A stretch of 55,699 bases of DNA from Ferruginibacter sp. (GTDB lineage: Bacteria > Bacteroidota > Bacteroidia > Chitinophagales > Chitinophagaceae): contig JBDTVX010000001.1 in assembly GCA_040007015.1 (NCBI GenBank), positions 1 through 55,699 on the forward strand. The letters are read 5' to 3'. Both the position numbers and the translations under genes were made by a program. Under the pieces are notes generated by a model, which had not been told where the DNA came from, made no database searches, and saw only the letters and a list, made by a program, of their open reading frames with translations. Within the stretch, counting starts at the first letter, position 1; each line of letters begins with the position of its first letter. This document shows, in pieces, positions 1 through 9,273 of the stretch.

Positions 1-695
1 GAGGTATTCCAGTTGTTTTGCACCACTTTAAACGGATAGGAGGCCGCGGCCGTATTGTGAACGATGAGGCATCCTTTCGCTCCCTGTTTGGCGGCTTCTT
101 CAAATTTATAGGTCCAGCGGCCATAATAGGTCATGGTTTTGCCTTTGAACAGATTACTGTCACCGGTATTAAATCCCGGATCGTTTACCAGGATCAATAC
201 AATTTTTCCTTTTACATCCAGTTTCGCATAGTCGTTCCAGTTATATTCCGGAGCCACTACGCCATAGCCGGCAAAAACCACTTCATCATTATTAAATGAA
301 GCCATTGAATCTGTTTTGTCGGTCCATATCACATAATCATCCAGGCCCTTCAGTTCAAAATTGCCTTTTGCAGACTGTACCTGCATTGCCGGAGCCGCTG
401 TGGCAGTGATCTTTACCATGGGTACATCCTGCAGGTAACCGTTGCCGTTACCAGGCTCCAGGCCAACGGCCCGGAACTGCTCCTGCAAATACCTGATCGT
501 TTTGGTCTCGCCTTCGCTAAAAGGCTTGCGTCCCAAGAAATCATCGCTGGAAAGAACGGCTATATGACGGGCAAGGCTATCCGCGCTAAAGGCTGCAAGG
601 GCACCGCTTGTATTAACGTTGGATGCATTATCATTACAGGATGAAAGAGATAAAATCAAAGAAGCAATGACAACAGTGGGTAAGATGCGGGGCAT
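1..695 (-). CDS. M28-family metallopeptidase with PA domain, lipoprotein (5' part only; runs off window start)
   Basis: Not in ORF track because it has no stop in the window. Manual translation from ATG at 695: MPRILPTVVIASLILSLSSC (lipobox)...HIAVLSSDDFLGRKPFSEGE...VVFAGYGVVAPEYNWNDYAKLDVKGKIVLILVNDPG...MTYYGRWTYKFEEAAKQGAKG, the typical M28/PA N-terminal half. Confidence 0.85.
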   Translation of the reverse strand, partial: MPRILPTVVIASLILSLSSCNDNASNVNTSGALAAFSADSLARHIAVLSSDDFLGRKPFSEGETKTIRYLQEQFRAVGLEPGNGNGYLQDVPMVKITATAAPAMQVQSAKGNFELKGLDDYVIWTDKTDSMASFNNDEVVFAGYGVVAPEYNWNDYAKLDVKGKIVLILVNDPGFNTGDSNLFKGKTMTYYGRWTYKFEEAAKQGAKGCLIVHNTAAASYPFKVVQNNWNT

Positions 696-954
696 AATAA
701 TAGTTTTATTTTGGAAAATGAAATTAAGATAAATAGACCATGTATGGAAGGATAAAAAGACCACTGGGTTAAAAAAGGATACACCTGTTTCACGTCGGGG
801 TTTTACGGAAAACACTTTTTGAATTTTTGTTATCCGCTGTGAAAACCACACCGGGACATTCCTTTTTTTTGTAGCTAAACTTTCGAATGGTGTTCTTTAA
901 TTTATGACGTGATAAATGATCCGCAATGGTATGCGGTAGAAGGGAGTGACACAG

Positions 955-983
955 CCCTGCCTGACTGCGTAAAGCAGGCAGGG
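955..983. repeat. CCTGCCTG...CAGRCAGG palindromic mini-element, copy 1 of 4
   Basis: ccctgcctgactgcgtaaagcaggcaggg; related copies at 34473-34499, 38384-38410 and (inverted) 44834-44861. Confidence 0.75.
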
Positions 984-1092
984 ATGATGCCATGGAAAAC
1001 AAATGTATGCACCCAAAAAAGTAGTCATTATCCAGGCAATCTTTCAAAAGCCTTCACGTAAAAAAACATATTTAATTCAACCATCTACCAAA

Positions 1093-1812
1093 TCACAATA
1101 AAAAAGAAAGATCATCCGTTTCATTCATTTCCTTTCGAACAATTTCCTCTCCTTCCGCATAAAACAATGCTGCTGGAGATTGGCCGATAAATTTTAGCAC
1201 CCCGTTGTCCAGTTTTAAAGCACTGCCTTCAGGGAGGCCCACGATGGGCACCCCGGGATTTAGTTTGATAAATTCTTCCAGGCGCTGGTCGCGGGTTTCC
1301 CCATTATGGCCATCCGGTTTTGCATTGGTGTAATGCGGATTGATCTGGAAGGGCAGTAATCCCAGGGAATTAAAGCTTTTAGGTTCTATTACGGGCATGT
1401 CGTTGGTGGTACCAATGGTGGGCCCTGTAATATTAGAACCCGCACTCCATCCAATATACGGGATGCCATCATTTACTTTATCACGGATAATATCCAATAA
1501 TTTGAGGTCATAAATATCATGCAGCAGTTTAAACGTATTACCGCCACCAACCAGAATCACATCCGCTTTTTCAATAAGCTCCTTTGCATAGGCAGGCATC
1601 ACCGTAATAATTGAAAAATGCAGGGATACCAGGGCTGTTTTTACTGCCGTTCCATATTGATCGTAATTTTGGCCCACCGAAGCAAAAGGAATGAATGCAA
1701 TATTTAAAACGGGATCCCCTAAAAAATCCTTTATAGCCGGGATGGCAGTTTCCAGGAAACCAGTGCTACCTGCCCTGGAACTACTAAAAGCTAAAATACG
1801 ATTTGCAGGCAT
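1093..1812 (-). CDS. pepE: Dipeptidase E (peptidase S51)
   Basis: FIPFA, VGGGNTF, nucleophile GWSAGS, TTNDMP, FQINPHY, GHNGETR motifs. Confidence 0.93.
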   Translation of the reverse strand: MPANRILAFSSSRAGSTGFLETAIPAIKDFLGDPVLNIAFIPFASVGQNYDQYGTAVKTALVSLHFSIITVMPAYAKELIEKADVILVGGGNTFKLLHDIYDLKLLDIIRDKVNDGIPYIGWSAGSNITGPTIGTTNDMPVIEPKSFNSLGLLPFQINPHYTNAKPDGHNGETRDQRLEEFIKLNPGVPIVGLPEGSALKLDNGVLKFIGQSPAALFYAEGEEIVRKEMNETDDLSFLL

Positions 1813-1816
1813 GATT

Positions 1817-1851
1817 TAATGAGTAATAGGTAATGAATGATGAGTGATGAG
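1817..1851. repeat. Five imperfect 7-nt tandem repeats directly upstream of the pepE start
   Basis: taatgag taatagg taatgaa tgatgag tgatgag. Confidence 0.75.
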
Positions 1852-2058
1852 TATTGCCTGTGTAAAAAGACAGATGCCGGTTAGCTGGCCTCCGCCCAGC
1901 CATTTAACTAATAAAATTATTAAATAACCTGCTGTAATTTCAAAGATATTATTTAAAGAAAGGCTGGATGAATTAAATTTACGGTGGCTGGCTGATGGAG
2001 GCTTACCAGGCAGGGTTTGAATTTTTGAAACTGGTATCACCGGGATTTTTTGCCTCAC

Positions 2059-2066
2059 TACTTTTG
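2059..2066 (+). promoter_or_regulatory. Bacteroidota -7 promoter box (TAnnTTTG) for acnA
   Basis: TACTTTTG about 30 nt upstream of ATG 2097; no well-spaced -33 box seen. Confidence 0.5.
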
Positions 2067-2096
2067 AAGTTATTAAAATTACTTAAAGCTATCTAT

Positions 2097-4826
2097 ATGG
2101 AACAACTGCACATCGCATCGCTCAAAAAACTGCAGGAAGCCGGAAGCAACATTGCCGGCCTGCCATTTTCTATCAGGATACTGCTGGAAAATGTGTTGCG
2201 TAACCACGACAATTTCGCTATCACCGATGAACATCTTAACACATTGGTGAATTGGGACCCAGCCGGCACAGATAAGGAAATCCCCTTTAAGCCCGCAAGG
2301 GTGCTGATGCAGGATTTTACCGGTGTGCCGGCTGTGGTGGATCTTGCCTCTATCAGGGCGGAAGTGATCCGCAGGGGAAAGGATGGCAGCCGTATCAATC
2401 CTGCAATACCGGTGGACCTGGTGATAGACCACTCCGTTCAGGTTGACTTTTTTGGAACAGATTATTCCTACAACAAAAATGTGGTGTATGAATATGAGCG
2501 CAACAGGGAACGTTACCAGCTATTGAAATGGGCGCAACAGGCCTTTGATAATTTTACAGTGGTTCCGCCAGGGATGGGTATTTGCCACCAGGTAAACCTG
2601 GAATACCTGGCCAAGGGAGTCATCAACCGCGGGGGCTGGACATTTCCGGATTCCCTCGTGGGTACCGATTCACATACGCCCATGGTAAACGGGATCGGTG
2701 TACTGGGTTGGGGGGTTGGCGGCATCGAGGCGGAAGCGGCTTTATTGGGACAGCCTGTTTATTTTACCTGCCCCCAGGTAATAGGATTAGAGTTGACAGG
2801 CCAGTTATTGGAAGGTGTAACGGCTACGGATATGGTATTGACCATTACAGAATTATTGCGGAAGTTCGGGGTAGTAGGAAAATTCGTAGAAGTTTTTGGC
2901 AATGGCCTGGATCATTTATCTGTTCCCGATAGGGCCACCATTTCAAATATGTCGCCCGAATTTGGTTGCACGGTTACCTATTTTCCGATCGATCACCAAA
3001 CGCTTCAATATATGCACATGACCAACAGGCCGGCAGAACAGATAGCATTGGTGGAAAGCTATTGTAAGGAAAATATGCTTTGGCGCAGCGGAGATGAAAA
3101 AATAACTTATACCCATATCATTCAAATGGATCTGTCGCTGATACAACCTACGCTTGCCGGGCCAAAGCGGCCGCAGGACAAAATACTGGTAAAAGAAATA
3201 CATGAAAAATTTGGTGAAATGCTGGATAAGGAATATAAACGGATCTACACGCCCGAAGGAAAACGCCGTGACAATGCCTGGCTATCGGAAGGGGGCTCCG
3301 GAACTGCATTCAGCTATGAAGTTCAGAAGCCGATTGATGAGGTGGCGGTTGAGGTGGACAGTCTTCAATCCGTGCGTATCAAACTCAAAAACCAGGAATA
3401 TGTTTTGAGCGATGGATCTGTTACGATAGCCGCCATAACCAGTTGCACCAATACGTCCAACCCTTCGGTAATGATCGGGGCCGGGCTGGTGGCAAGAAAA
3501 GCGATTGGCCGCGGGCTTGATACAAAGCCCTGGGTAAAAACCAGCCTGGCGCCAGGTTCGCGGGTGGTTACGCGGTATCTTGAGCGTGCGGGTCTATTGA
3601 GCGATCTGGCGGCCCTGCGTTTTCATACGGTAGGCTATGGCTGTACTTCCTGCATCGGAAATAGCGGGCCTTTGCCCGCGCATATTGCCGAGGCCGTGGA
3701 TAGGGGCAAACTTATTGTTGCTTCTGTACTTTCAGGAAACCGTAATTTTGAAGCAAGGGTACATCCGCAGGTAAAAATGAATTTTCTTGCATCCCCGTTG
3801 CTGGTAGTTGCTTATGCGTTAGCGGGCAGGATCGATATCAATCTCGTTACTGACCCGTTGGGTTACGACCCCAATGGCGAGCCAGTATACCTCCGGGATA
3901 TATGGCCCACCCAGCAAGAGATCAATGAGGCCATGAAGACGGCAGTTTTGCAGGAAGATTTTGATACAATTTATAAGGTAATATTTGATGGAGATGAGCA
4001 ATGGCAGGGGTTGCATGCCCCTGCAGGCAAAGACTACCACTGGAGTAAAGATTCCACTTATATAAAAGAAGCGTCATTCTTTAAAAGCCTTCCGGAGGAA
4101 GCAGCGGCGTTAAAGGATATCATCAATGCAAGGGTGTTGCTCAAACTGGGGGATTCCGTTACTACCGACCATATTTCCCCCGCAGGTTCATTTAAAGCGG
4201 ATTCTCCTGCAGGTAGGTACCTGGTTGATCATGCGATCGGCCCCAGGCTCTTTAATTCATATGGATCACGCCGGGGTAATGAAGAGGTAATGACAAGGGG
4301 TACTTTTGCCAATGTGCGCATCAAGAACCAGCTTTCACCAAAAGAGGGCGGTTTTACCACGCTGATTCCAACAGGCACAATACTTTCTGTATATGACGCA
4401 GCGATGCAATACGCGGTACAGCAAGTGCCTTTGATCATACTGGCAGGGAAAGAATATGGAAGTGGCTCCTCCCGCGACTGGGCTGCAAAAGGAACCAACC
4501 TGTTGGGTGTAAAAGCGGTAATAACGGAAAGCTATGAACGCATCCACAGGAGCAACCTGGTAGGGATGGGAGTAATACCGCTTGAATATATAAACGGGGA
4601 AAATGCGGAAACACTGGGATTAACCGGGTTTGAATTGTTTACCATTACGGGGATCGCAGATGGCTTGCTGCCGGGGGAAATATTAACCGTAATTGCAAAG
4701 CAGGACAATGGAAAGGTCACCAGCTTCCAGGTTAAATGCCGTCTTGATTCGGCAATCGAAATAGAATATTATCGAAACGGCGGCATACTCCAATATGTGT
4801 TAAGGGATTTTCTTAAAAAAACATAA
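2097..4826 (+). CDS. acnA: Aconitate hydratase AcnA
   Basis: PARVLMQDFTGVPAVVDLA, DHSVQVD, GTDSHT, Fe-S ligands SCTNTSNP and GYGCTSCIGNSG, GSGSSRDWAAKG. Start moved from 1995 to the ATG at 2097, downstream of the promoter box. Confidence 0.97.
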   Translation: MEQLHIASLKKLQEAGSNIAGLPFSIRILLENVLRNHDNFAITDEHLNTLVNWDPAGTDKEIPFKPARVLMQDFTGVPAVVDLASIRAEVIRRGKDGSRINPAIPVDLVIDHSVQVDFFGTDYSYNKNVVYEYERNRERYQLLKWAQQAFDNFTVVPPGMGICHQVNLEYLAKGVINRGGWTFPDSLVGTDSHTPMVNGIGVLGWGVGGIEAEAALLGQPVYFTCPQVIGLELTGQLLEGVTATDMVLTITELLRKFGVVGKFVEVFGNGLDHLSVPDRATISNMSPEFGCTVTYFPIDHQTLQYMHMTNRPAEQIALVESYCKENMLWRSGDEKITYTHIIQMDLSLIQPTLAGPKRPQDKILVKEIHEKFGEMLDKEYKRIYTPEGKRRDNAWLSEGGSGTAFSYEVQKPIDEVAVEVDSLQSVRIKLKNQEYVLSDGSVTIAAITSCTNTSNPSVMIGAGLVARKAIGRGLDTKPWVKTSLAPGSRVVTRYLERAGLLSDLAALRFHTVGYGCTSCIGNSGPLPAHIAEAVDRGKLIVASVLSGNRNFEARVHPQVKMNFLASPLLVVAYALAGRIDINLVTDPLGYDPNGEPVYLRDIWPTQQEINEAMKTAVLQEDFDTIYKVIFDGDEQWQGLHAPAGKDYHWSKDSTYIKEASFFKSLPEEAAALKDIINARVLLKLGDSVTTDHISPAGSFKADSPAGRYLVDHAIGPRLFNSYGSRRGNEEVMTRGTFANVRIKNQLSPKEGGFTTLIPTGTILSVYDAAMQYAVQQVPLIILAGKEYGSGSSRDWAAKGTNLLGVKAVITESYERIHRSNLVGMGVIPLEYINGENAETLGLTGFELFTITGIADGLLPGEILTVIAKQDNGKVTSFQVKCRLDSAIEIEYYRNGGILQYVLRDFLKKT

Positions 4827-4864
4827 TTTGCTATAATATAAAGCGTTTGTCCTTAGCCGTTATA

Positions 4865-5785
4865 TTACCGGTGTTGCTCATAATAATTAACCTGGATTGA
4901 TCCGATTAAAAGTTGGAGTTGTTGCGGGGAAAGCGATCCATCTCCGATAGCTTGTAAAGCTTCTCTTAAATGCTTTTCCGTTCTGATGCCAACTATTGCG
5001 GATGTTATGGAAGGATGCTGTAATACAAACCGGATGGCTGTTGCTGTAGCATTGCTTTCTGCAGGGGTAGCGGCTTGTATTGCTTTTGCAGCAGCTATGA
5101 TTTGTTTTTCGTTATACCCTAAATAAGGTTTTGCAGACTTGCCGGCCAATAAACCACCAGCTATGCTTCCCCTGGCCAATATCCCGATATGATGCTCCTG
5201 CAAAAGAGCCAGGCAGGTTTCTTCGGGCCGCCGGTCGGCAAGGCTGTATTGCATCATCACACTCACAATATTGCTGCGCCGGGTATATTCCCTGATCACA
5301 TTGGGTCTTATGGAGGAGATGCCGTAATATCTGATCTTACCCTGTTGCTGTAATAATTCGAATGCTTCAATGGTATCATCAATAGGATCATCTATGGTAC
5401 CTCCATGTAGCTGGTAAAGATCAATATAATCTGTTTGAAGGCGTTGCAGGCTTTGATCTGCGCAAGCTAAAATATATTTCTTACCGGGGTTCCAGTCCCA
5501 CCCGCTGCCGTCAGTACGCCATTGATTACCCGCCTTTGTAGCAATGATCACTTTATTTCTTTTTGCCCTTAGGGCCTTACCGATATCTGTTTCATTGAAT
5601 CCTTTGTGATAAAGATCCGCTGTATCAAAATAATTGATCCCGCTATCAATTGCTTTATCAATAATGGATTGCATGTCGGCCTGGCCAGGTTGTAAAGACA
5701 TACAACCAAAACCTACCCGGCTGATATTTAATTCGGATTTACCCAGCAGTTGGTAAGTCATCGGCGATTGCTGTCCTGGGATCAT
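4865..5785 (-). CDS. Aldo/keto reductase
   Basis: GFGCMSL, FDTADLY, IIATK, SLQRLQTDYIDLYQLH, GKIRYYGIS. Start may be the second Met (5761). Confidence 0.92.
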   Translation of the reverse strand: MIPGQQSPMTYQLLGKSELNISRVGFGCMSLQPGQADMQSIIDKAIDSGINYFDTADLYHKGFNETDIGKALRAKRNKVIIATKAGNQWRTDGSGWDWNPGKKYILACADQSLQRLQTDYIDLYQLHGGTIDDPIDDTIEAFELLQQQGKIRYYGISSIRPNVIREYTRRSNIVSVMMQYSLADRRPEETCLALLQEHHIGILARGSIAGGLLAGKSAKPYLGYNEKQIIAAAKAIQAATPAESNATATAIRFVLQHPSITSAIVGIRTEKHLREALQAIGDGSLSPQQLQLLIGSIQVNYYEQHR

Positions 5786-5843
5786 TATTTTAAGGAATTT
5801 AATTCAACGCCAGGAATACTTGTAATAGCTGTGACGTCTTCGG

Positions 5844-6323
5844 TTAATTTTCAAAATCCTGTATGCTTCTTCCATTCTCCAAACGCTCTCCATATTGTCC
5901 TCTTGTATATTTATCAATAACCCTGTTCCAGAATACCCGGGCCGGTTGGTTGCTTTCTTTTTGATAGACTTCCCACTGCCCCCTATGTAAATTGAATACC
6001 TCTCCTGCTGCTGCTTTGCCAATACCTTTTCTCCTGTATTTCTTCATAATAAAAAATTCCGCTATTGAAAAATAACTTCGCTCTTCTGTTTTTATCAGTC
6101 TTACCAAAACAAAACCGATATATCTTTCATCTTCTTTTATAAAATAAGGAAACCTGTGATTTTCCTTTTTCCAATAGTCTTCTAAATTGGGATAGGCCCC
6201 AAATAATCCTTCGGATTCAACATCAGATTTAATATATTCCGAAAAATCATACATATAAAATTGCATTAAATTTTTCATTACCTCTTTATATTCGGATGTA
6301 GCCGGAATCAGTTTGAAATTCAT
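5844..6323 (-). CDS. GNAT-family N-acetyltransferase
   Basis: QFYMYDFSE, IAEFFIMKKYRRKGIGK acetyl-CoA-binding motif A, N-x-P-A-x-x-FW motif B. Confidence 0.88.
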   Translation of the reverse strand: MNFKLIPATSEYKEVMKNLMQFYMYDFSEYIKSDVESEGLFGAYPNLEDYWKKENHRFPYFIKEDERYIGFVLVRLIKTEERSYFSIAEFFIMKKYRRKGIGKAAAGEVFNLHRGQWEVYQKESNQPARVFWNRVIDKYTRGQYGERLENGRSIQDFEN

Positions 6324-6496
6324 GAAAATTTATTGAGATTTATCAGCTTTGGATAACAATCCGCTAAACTGGTAGCCCCTGGTTTTTTGCGGATACCGGG
6401 ACGTTCTTTTTTGAAAATCACGGCTTGCATTAAAGGCAATTTTATTTGATCGAATCATGTTGACTGGCACTGGCCTGGATGCAGAAAATATTTCAG

Positions 6497-6569
6497 AGCG
6501 GCAAAAGGGATTCGAACCCTCGGCCCTTAGCTTGGGAAGCTAATGCTCTACCAACTGAGCTATTGCCGC
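6497..6569 (-). tRNA. tRNA-Gly (anticodon CCC), CCA not encoded
   Basis: Minus strand GCGGCAA TAGCTCAGTTGGTAGAGC A TTAGC TTCCCAA GCTAA GGGCC GAGGG TTCGAAT CCCTT TTGCCGC T: acceptor stem, D arm, anticodon arm and T arm all pair; U discriminator. Confidence 0.97.
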
Positions 6570-6835
6570 TTTTGATCATCATTCCAGATGCTAATTTACT
6601 TTTTTATTTTGATCATCGGCCATACTTTAATTTTTATATTGAAAGATTGAAATTTATAACATCGTTCTATTTTGTGAACAAATGACTTAAAATAAAGCGC
6701 AGAAAAAGTTCAACTTGCCGTTCCGGTGTAAATATATTTTGTACTTAATAAAATATCTTACAGAATAATGAATATCCATAGCAATGAAATATGGTGTATA
6801 TTTCAAACTAAAACTGGCAAACTAACCCATTTAGT

Positions 6836-7663
6836 ATGGCGTCTCCGCAAAAAAAGAAAACCGGGAATATATTTGTACGCATGCATCCGCTACAGCGGAT
6901 ATTACTGAGTGTCGGGATGTCGTTGATTACTTTTTTATTCATTCGTAACCATCATTTAAACTGGGTTCTTACCGTTACCATTCTGTGGGATGCATTTGCC
7001 TTTTCATTTATCCTTACCAGCTGGATCGTTTTTTTTACGCGTTCTATTCCGGAAATAATTAGGTGGGCAAATAAAGATGACGGAAGCAGGCTTTTTGTGA
7101 TGGTCAGTATTTTGGTTAGTGCATTTGCCAGCATGTTTACCGTTTTACTTTTGATGATCTCAAAAGATCAGCCATCTGACCGGGAAATAATTACGGTATT
7201 TTTATCAATAGCGGGGATGATGCTTTCATGGGTAATGGTGCATACGATCTTTACTTTTCATTATGCCCACCTGTATTATGATGAAAGCAAGGATGATACA
7301 CCAGACAACACAGCGCTCGATTTTCCCAATGAAAAATGCCCGGATTATATTGACTTTGCGTATTTCTCTTTTGTCATCGGCATGACCTTCCAGGTTTCGG
7401 ATGTAGAGATCAGTTCCCGTAAGATCAGGAGAACGGCACTGGCACATAGCTTACTGGCATTTGCACTGAATACATTTGTGGTGGCGCTTACCATTAATTT
7501 AATTGCCGGGTTGAAAAATAGGTCAACTAAACCATACATAACCGCAGCACGGTATTTTCACAGGCACTACTGCGAAAAATTGACAGTCGCTAATAATAGT
7601 CCGTTCCTGGCAATTTTTTATAAATGGCTGTTACGAAATTATCCACCAAAAAAGCGAAAATAA
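6836..7663 (+). CDS. DUF1345-family membrane protein (C-terminus possibly extended by a 1-nt indel)
   Basis: Multiple TM segments; HTIFTFHYAHLYY, LDFP...PDYIDFAYFSFVIGMTFQVSDV, RRTALAHSLLAFALNTFVVALTINLIAGL. Confidence 0.85.
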   Translation: MASPQKKKTGNIFVRMHPLQRILLSVGMSLITFLFIRNHHLNWVLTVTILWDAFAFSFILTSWIVFFTRSIPEIIRWANKDDGSRLFVMVSILVSAFASMFTVLLLMISKDQPSDREIITVFLSIAGMMLSWVMVHTIFTFHYAHLYYDESKDDTPDNTALDFPNEKCPDYIDFAYFSFVIGMTFQVSDVEISSRKIRRTALAHSLLAFALNTFVVALTINLIAGLKNRSTKPYITAARYFHRHYCEKLTVANNSPFLAIFYKWLLRNYPPKKRK

Positions 7664-7777
7664 TAAATGACCTGCCCGGTGGATTTTTGCGGTTGAATGG
7701 TTAATTAATTTATTTTGCATGCCTGGTTTAACATTTTTTGGTAAAATTGTTGTAATAAGAAATTAAATTAAAAAAAA

Positions 7778-8176
7778 ATGCAGAGTATATACCGGGTTAT
7801 AGTAAGCGCTTTTTTTATCCTGGCGATGCAAAGCTGCAGTAAAAAAACTCATCCCAGCCCGGCGGTAGTGCATACTGAAATAAAAAGCGATACTACATTG
7901 GTAAAGAGTGATACTTCATTGGTAAAGAGTGATACGGCATTAAAAAAAACTGATTCATTGACGGCAATTAAACCGGTGATAAAACGAAAACCAATAGAAT
8001 CAATTCCTAAAGTAATTGCGGTGAACGATAAGTATGCAAATAAAAGTGTGGATGGCAGGTATTACTATGACCTCCAGGGGCACCGTTACTGGCGCAGCAA
8101 TAAGGATGGTAAATATTATTTATTTAATAAATCCATGCTTACCGATGATGCATTTAAAAAGCCTGATAAAAAATAA
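7778..8176 (+). CDS. Hypothetical lipoprotein with KSDT repeats and an aromatic-rich C-terminal domain
   Basis: Signal peptide and lipobox (LAMQSC); KSDTTLV-KSDTSLV-KSDTALK-KTDSL; C-terminal DGRYYYDLQGHRYWRSNKDGKYY. Confidence 0.8.
   Translation: MQSIYRVIVSAFFILAMQSCSKKTHPSPAVVHTEIKSDTTLVKSDTSLVKSDTALKKTDSLTAIKPVIKRKPIESIPKVIAVNDKYANKSVDGRYYYDLQGHRYWRSNKDGKYYLFNKSMLTDDAFKKPDKK
7881..7960 (+). repeat. 21-bp coding tandem repeat, about 3.7 copies
   Basis: taaaaagcgatactacattgg / taaagagtgatacttcattgg / taaagagtgatacggcattaa / aaaaaactgattcattg. Confidence 0.85.
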
Positions 8177-8458
8177 TTTCGGCGCTACCGGGAAGATTTT
8201 TATTGCCACGATCCGATAGCTATCAGAGGCGCAAATTGGCGCTAATAAATTGGGGATTTCCAGTTGGCAGCCAGTTTTTTCTATAGCAAATCCAATTCAC
8301 ATTCCCCGCTCCCCGGCTCTTGTAGCTTATCCAGTAAGGTTGACCAGGTTAATTATCGAACAGCTTGACATTACATTTAACAATAAATTCAGAAGGATAT
8401 TTGTTGCTATCCTATACATTTTTGCGTCTAATAGACAAGCAGTTTAAATGCTCTTTAT

Positions 8459-8785
8459 ATGAAAAATAATTCTACACAGCAGGAAATATTATTAATGACA
8501 GGCACCGGGTTTGCGTCCAGGCAATACTGCGAAAGAGATACACCTGATAACTCAAAAAATCTTCCTCAAAATGAAAAATTGAAAGACGCGTGCTGGAATG
8601 GTTTGCTAAAGGAAATGCTTCCGGAAGTGTTCCTGTTTAAAGATCCCGCTGTAAAACTGTATCTATGGCAGGTTAGGGAAGCGAACCGTTTTTTTGCATT
8701 GGAAATGAGCGAATACCCGACAGCAATTAATAAATACGGATCGATTGATCCTTACCGTTTTATGACGGTGCAGGAATTCAATTAA
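8459..8785 (+). CDS. Hypothetical protein
   Basis: 108-aa ORF with AT-rich start context and globular composition (ACWNGLLKEMLPE, LYLWQVRE); no function recognised. Confidence 0.7.
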   Translation: MKNNSTQQEILLMTGTGFASRQYCERDTPDNSKNLPQNEKLKDACWNGLLKEMLPEVFLFKDPAVKLYLWQVREANRFFALEMSEYPTAINKYGSIDPYRFMTVQEFN

Positions 8786-8823
8786 TATGCCGCTAAAGCG
8801 AATATTCAATTGACCTGAATCAT

Positions 8824-9273
8824 TCAGCAGGAAAGCATTTTTTGAAATCCGCGTCTTTGATAAATGAGGTTATGCCCCTCGATCAAATTAGCGATTAGCC
8901 GTTGATTTTCTTTTTTCCTGTTGAAATGAAAAATGACCCGGCTGTTTCTGTATTCAAAAAAGAATGACTCTGTTTTTAATTGGGTAAATTGATTATCGCC
9001 TTTTTCTTCCAGTAATTCTTTTTCAAGAAGACCGAATTTTGATGCCATTTCGAACTGTGCATTCGCCAGGGCCTGGTTTTTCATTAAAAGAACCAGGGAT
9101 AAGTCCCCATCTTCATAATATTCCTTACAGTCTATCTTTTCAATTCGTAAATTTTCCTGCCTAAATAAGGCTGCCATTTTTTTAAACTGATAGCTTATTG
9201 AATGGGGGCTTATGTCATCAGCCAATAGTTTGGCTAATTCATTCAATATTTTGGATATGTTTTCAGGTACCAT
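8824..9273 (-). CDS. Hypothetical protein with a possible degenerate UVR-like helical motif
   Basis: 149-aa ORF convergent with the 8459 gene; segment KNQALANAQFEMASKFGLLEKEL. Confidence 0.6.
   Translation of the reverse strand: MVPENISKILNELAKLLADDISPHSISYQFKKMAALFRQENLRIEKIDCKEYYEDGDLSLVLLMKNQALANAQFEMASKFGLLEKELLEEKGDNQFTQLKTESFFFEYRNSRVIFHFNRKKENQRLIANLIEGHNLIYQRRGFQKMLSC

Noticed and set aside
18-299. 93-aa plus-strand ORF in the track
   Set aside because: Antisense shadow of the M28 peptidase on the minus strand.
1995-2096. 34-aa N-terminal extension of AcnA
   Set aside because: It spans a TAnnTTTG promoter box and AT-rich leader; the ATG at 2097 fits better.
6497-6520. tRNA-Gly 3' end as an integration site with an att duplicate
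   Set aside because: I found no second copy of the tRNA 3' end and no integrase in the window; the aggattcgaatc at about 23197 is too short a match.
6479-6685. 68-aa ORF (SGKRDSNPRPLAWEANALPTELLP)
   Set aside because: Classic antisense translation of a tRNA gene.
7739-7753. Sigma-54-like TGG-N10-GT upstream of the 7778 gene, and TGGCATGAAATTG upstream of the PA2169 gene
   Set aside because: One lacks the -12 GC and the other has spacing one base short; not supportable without TSS data.
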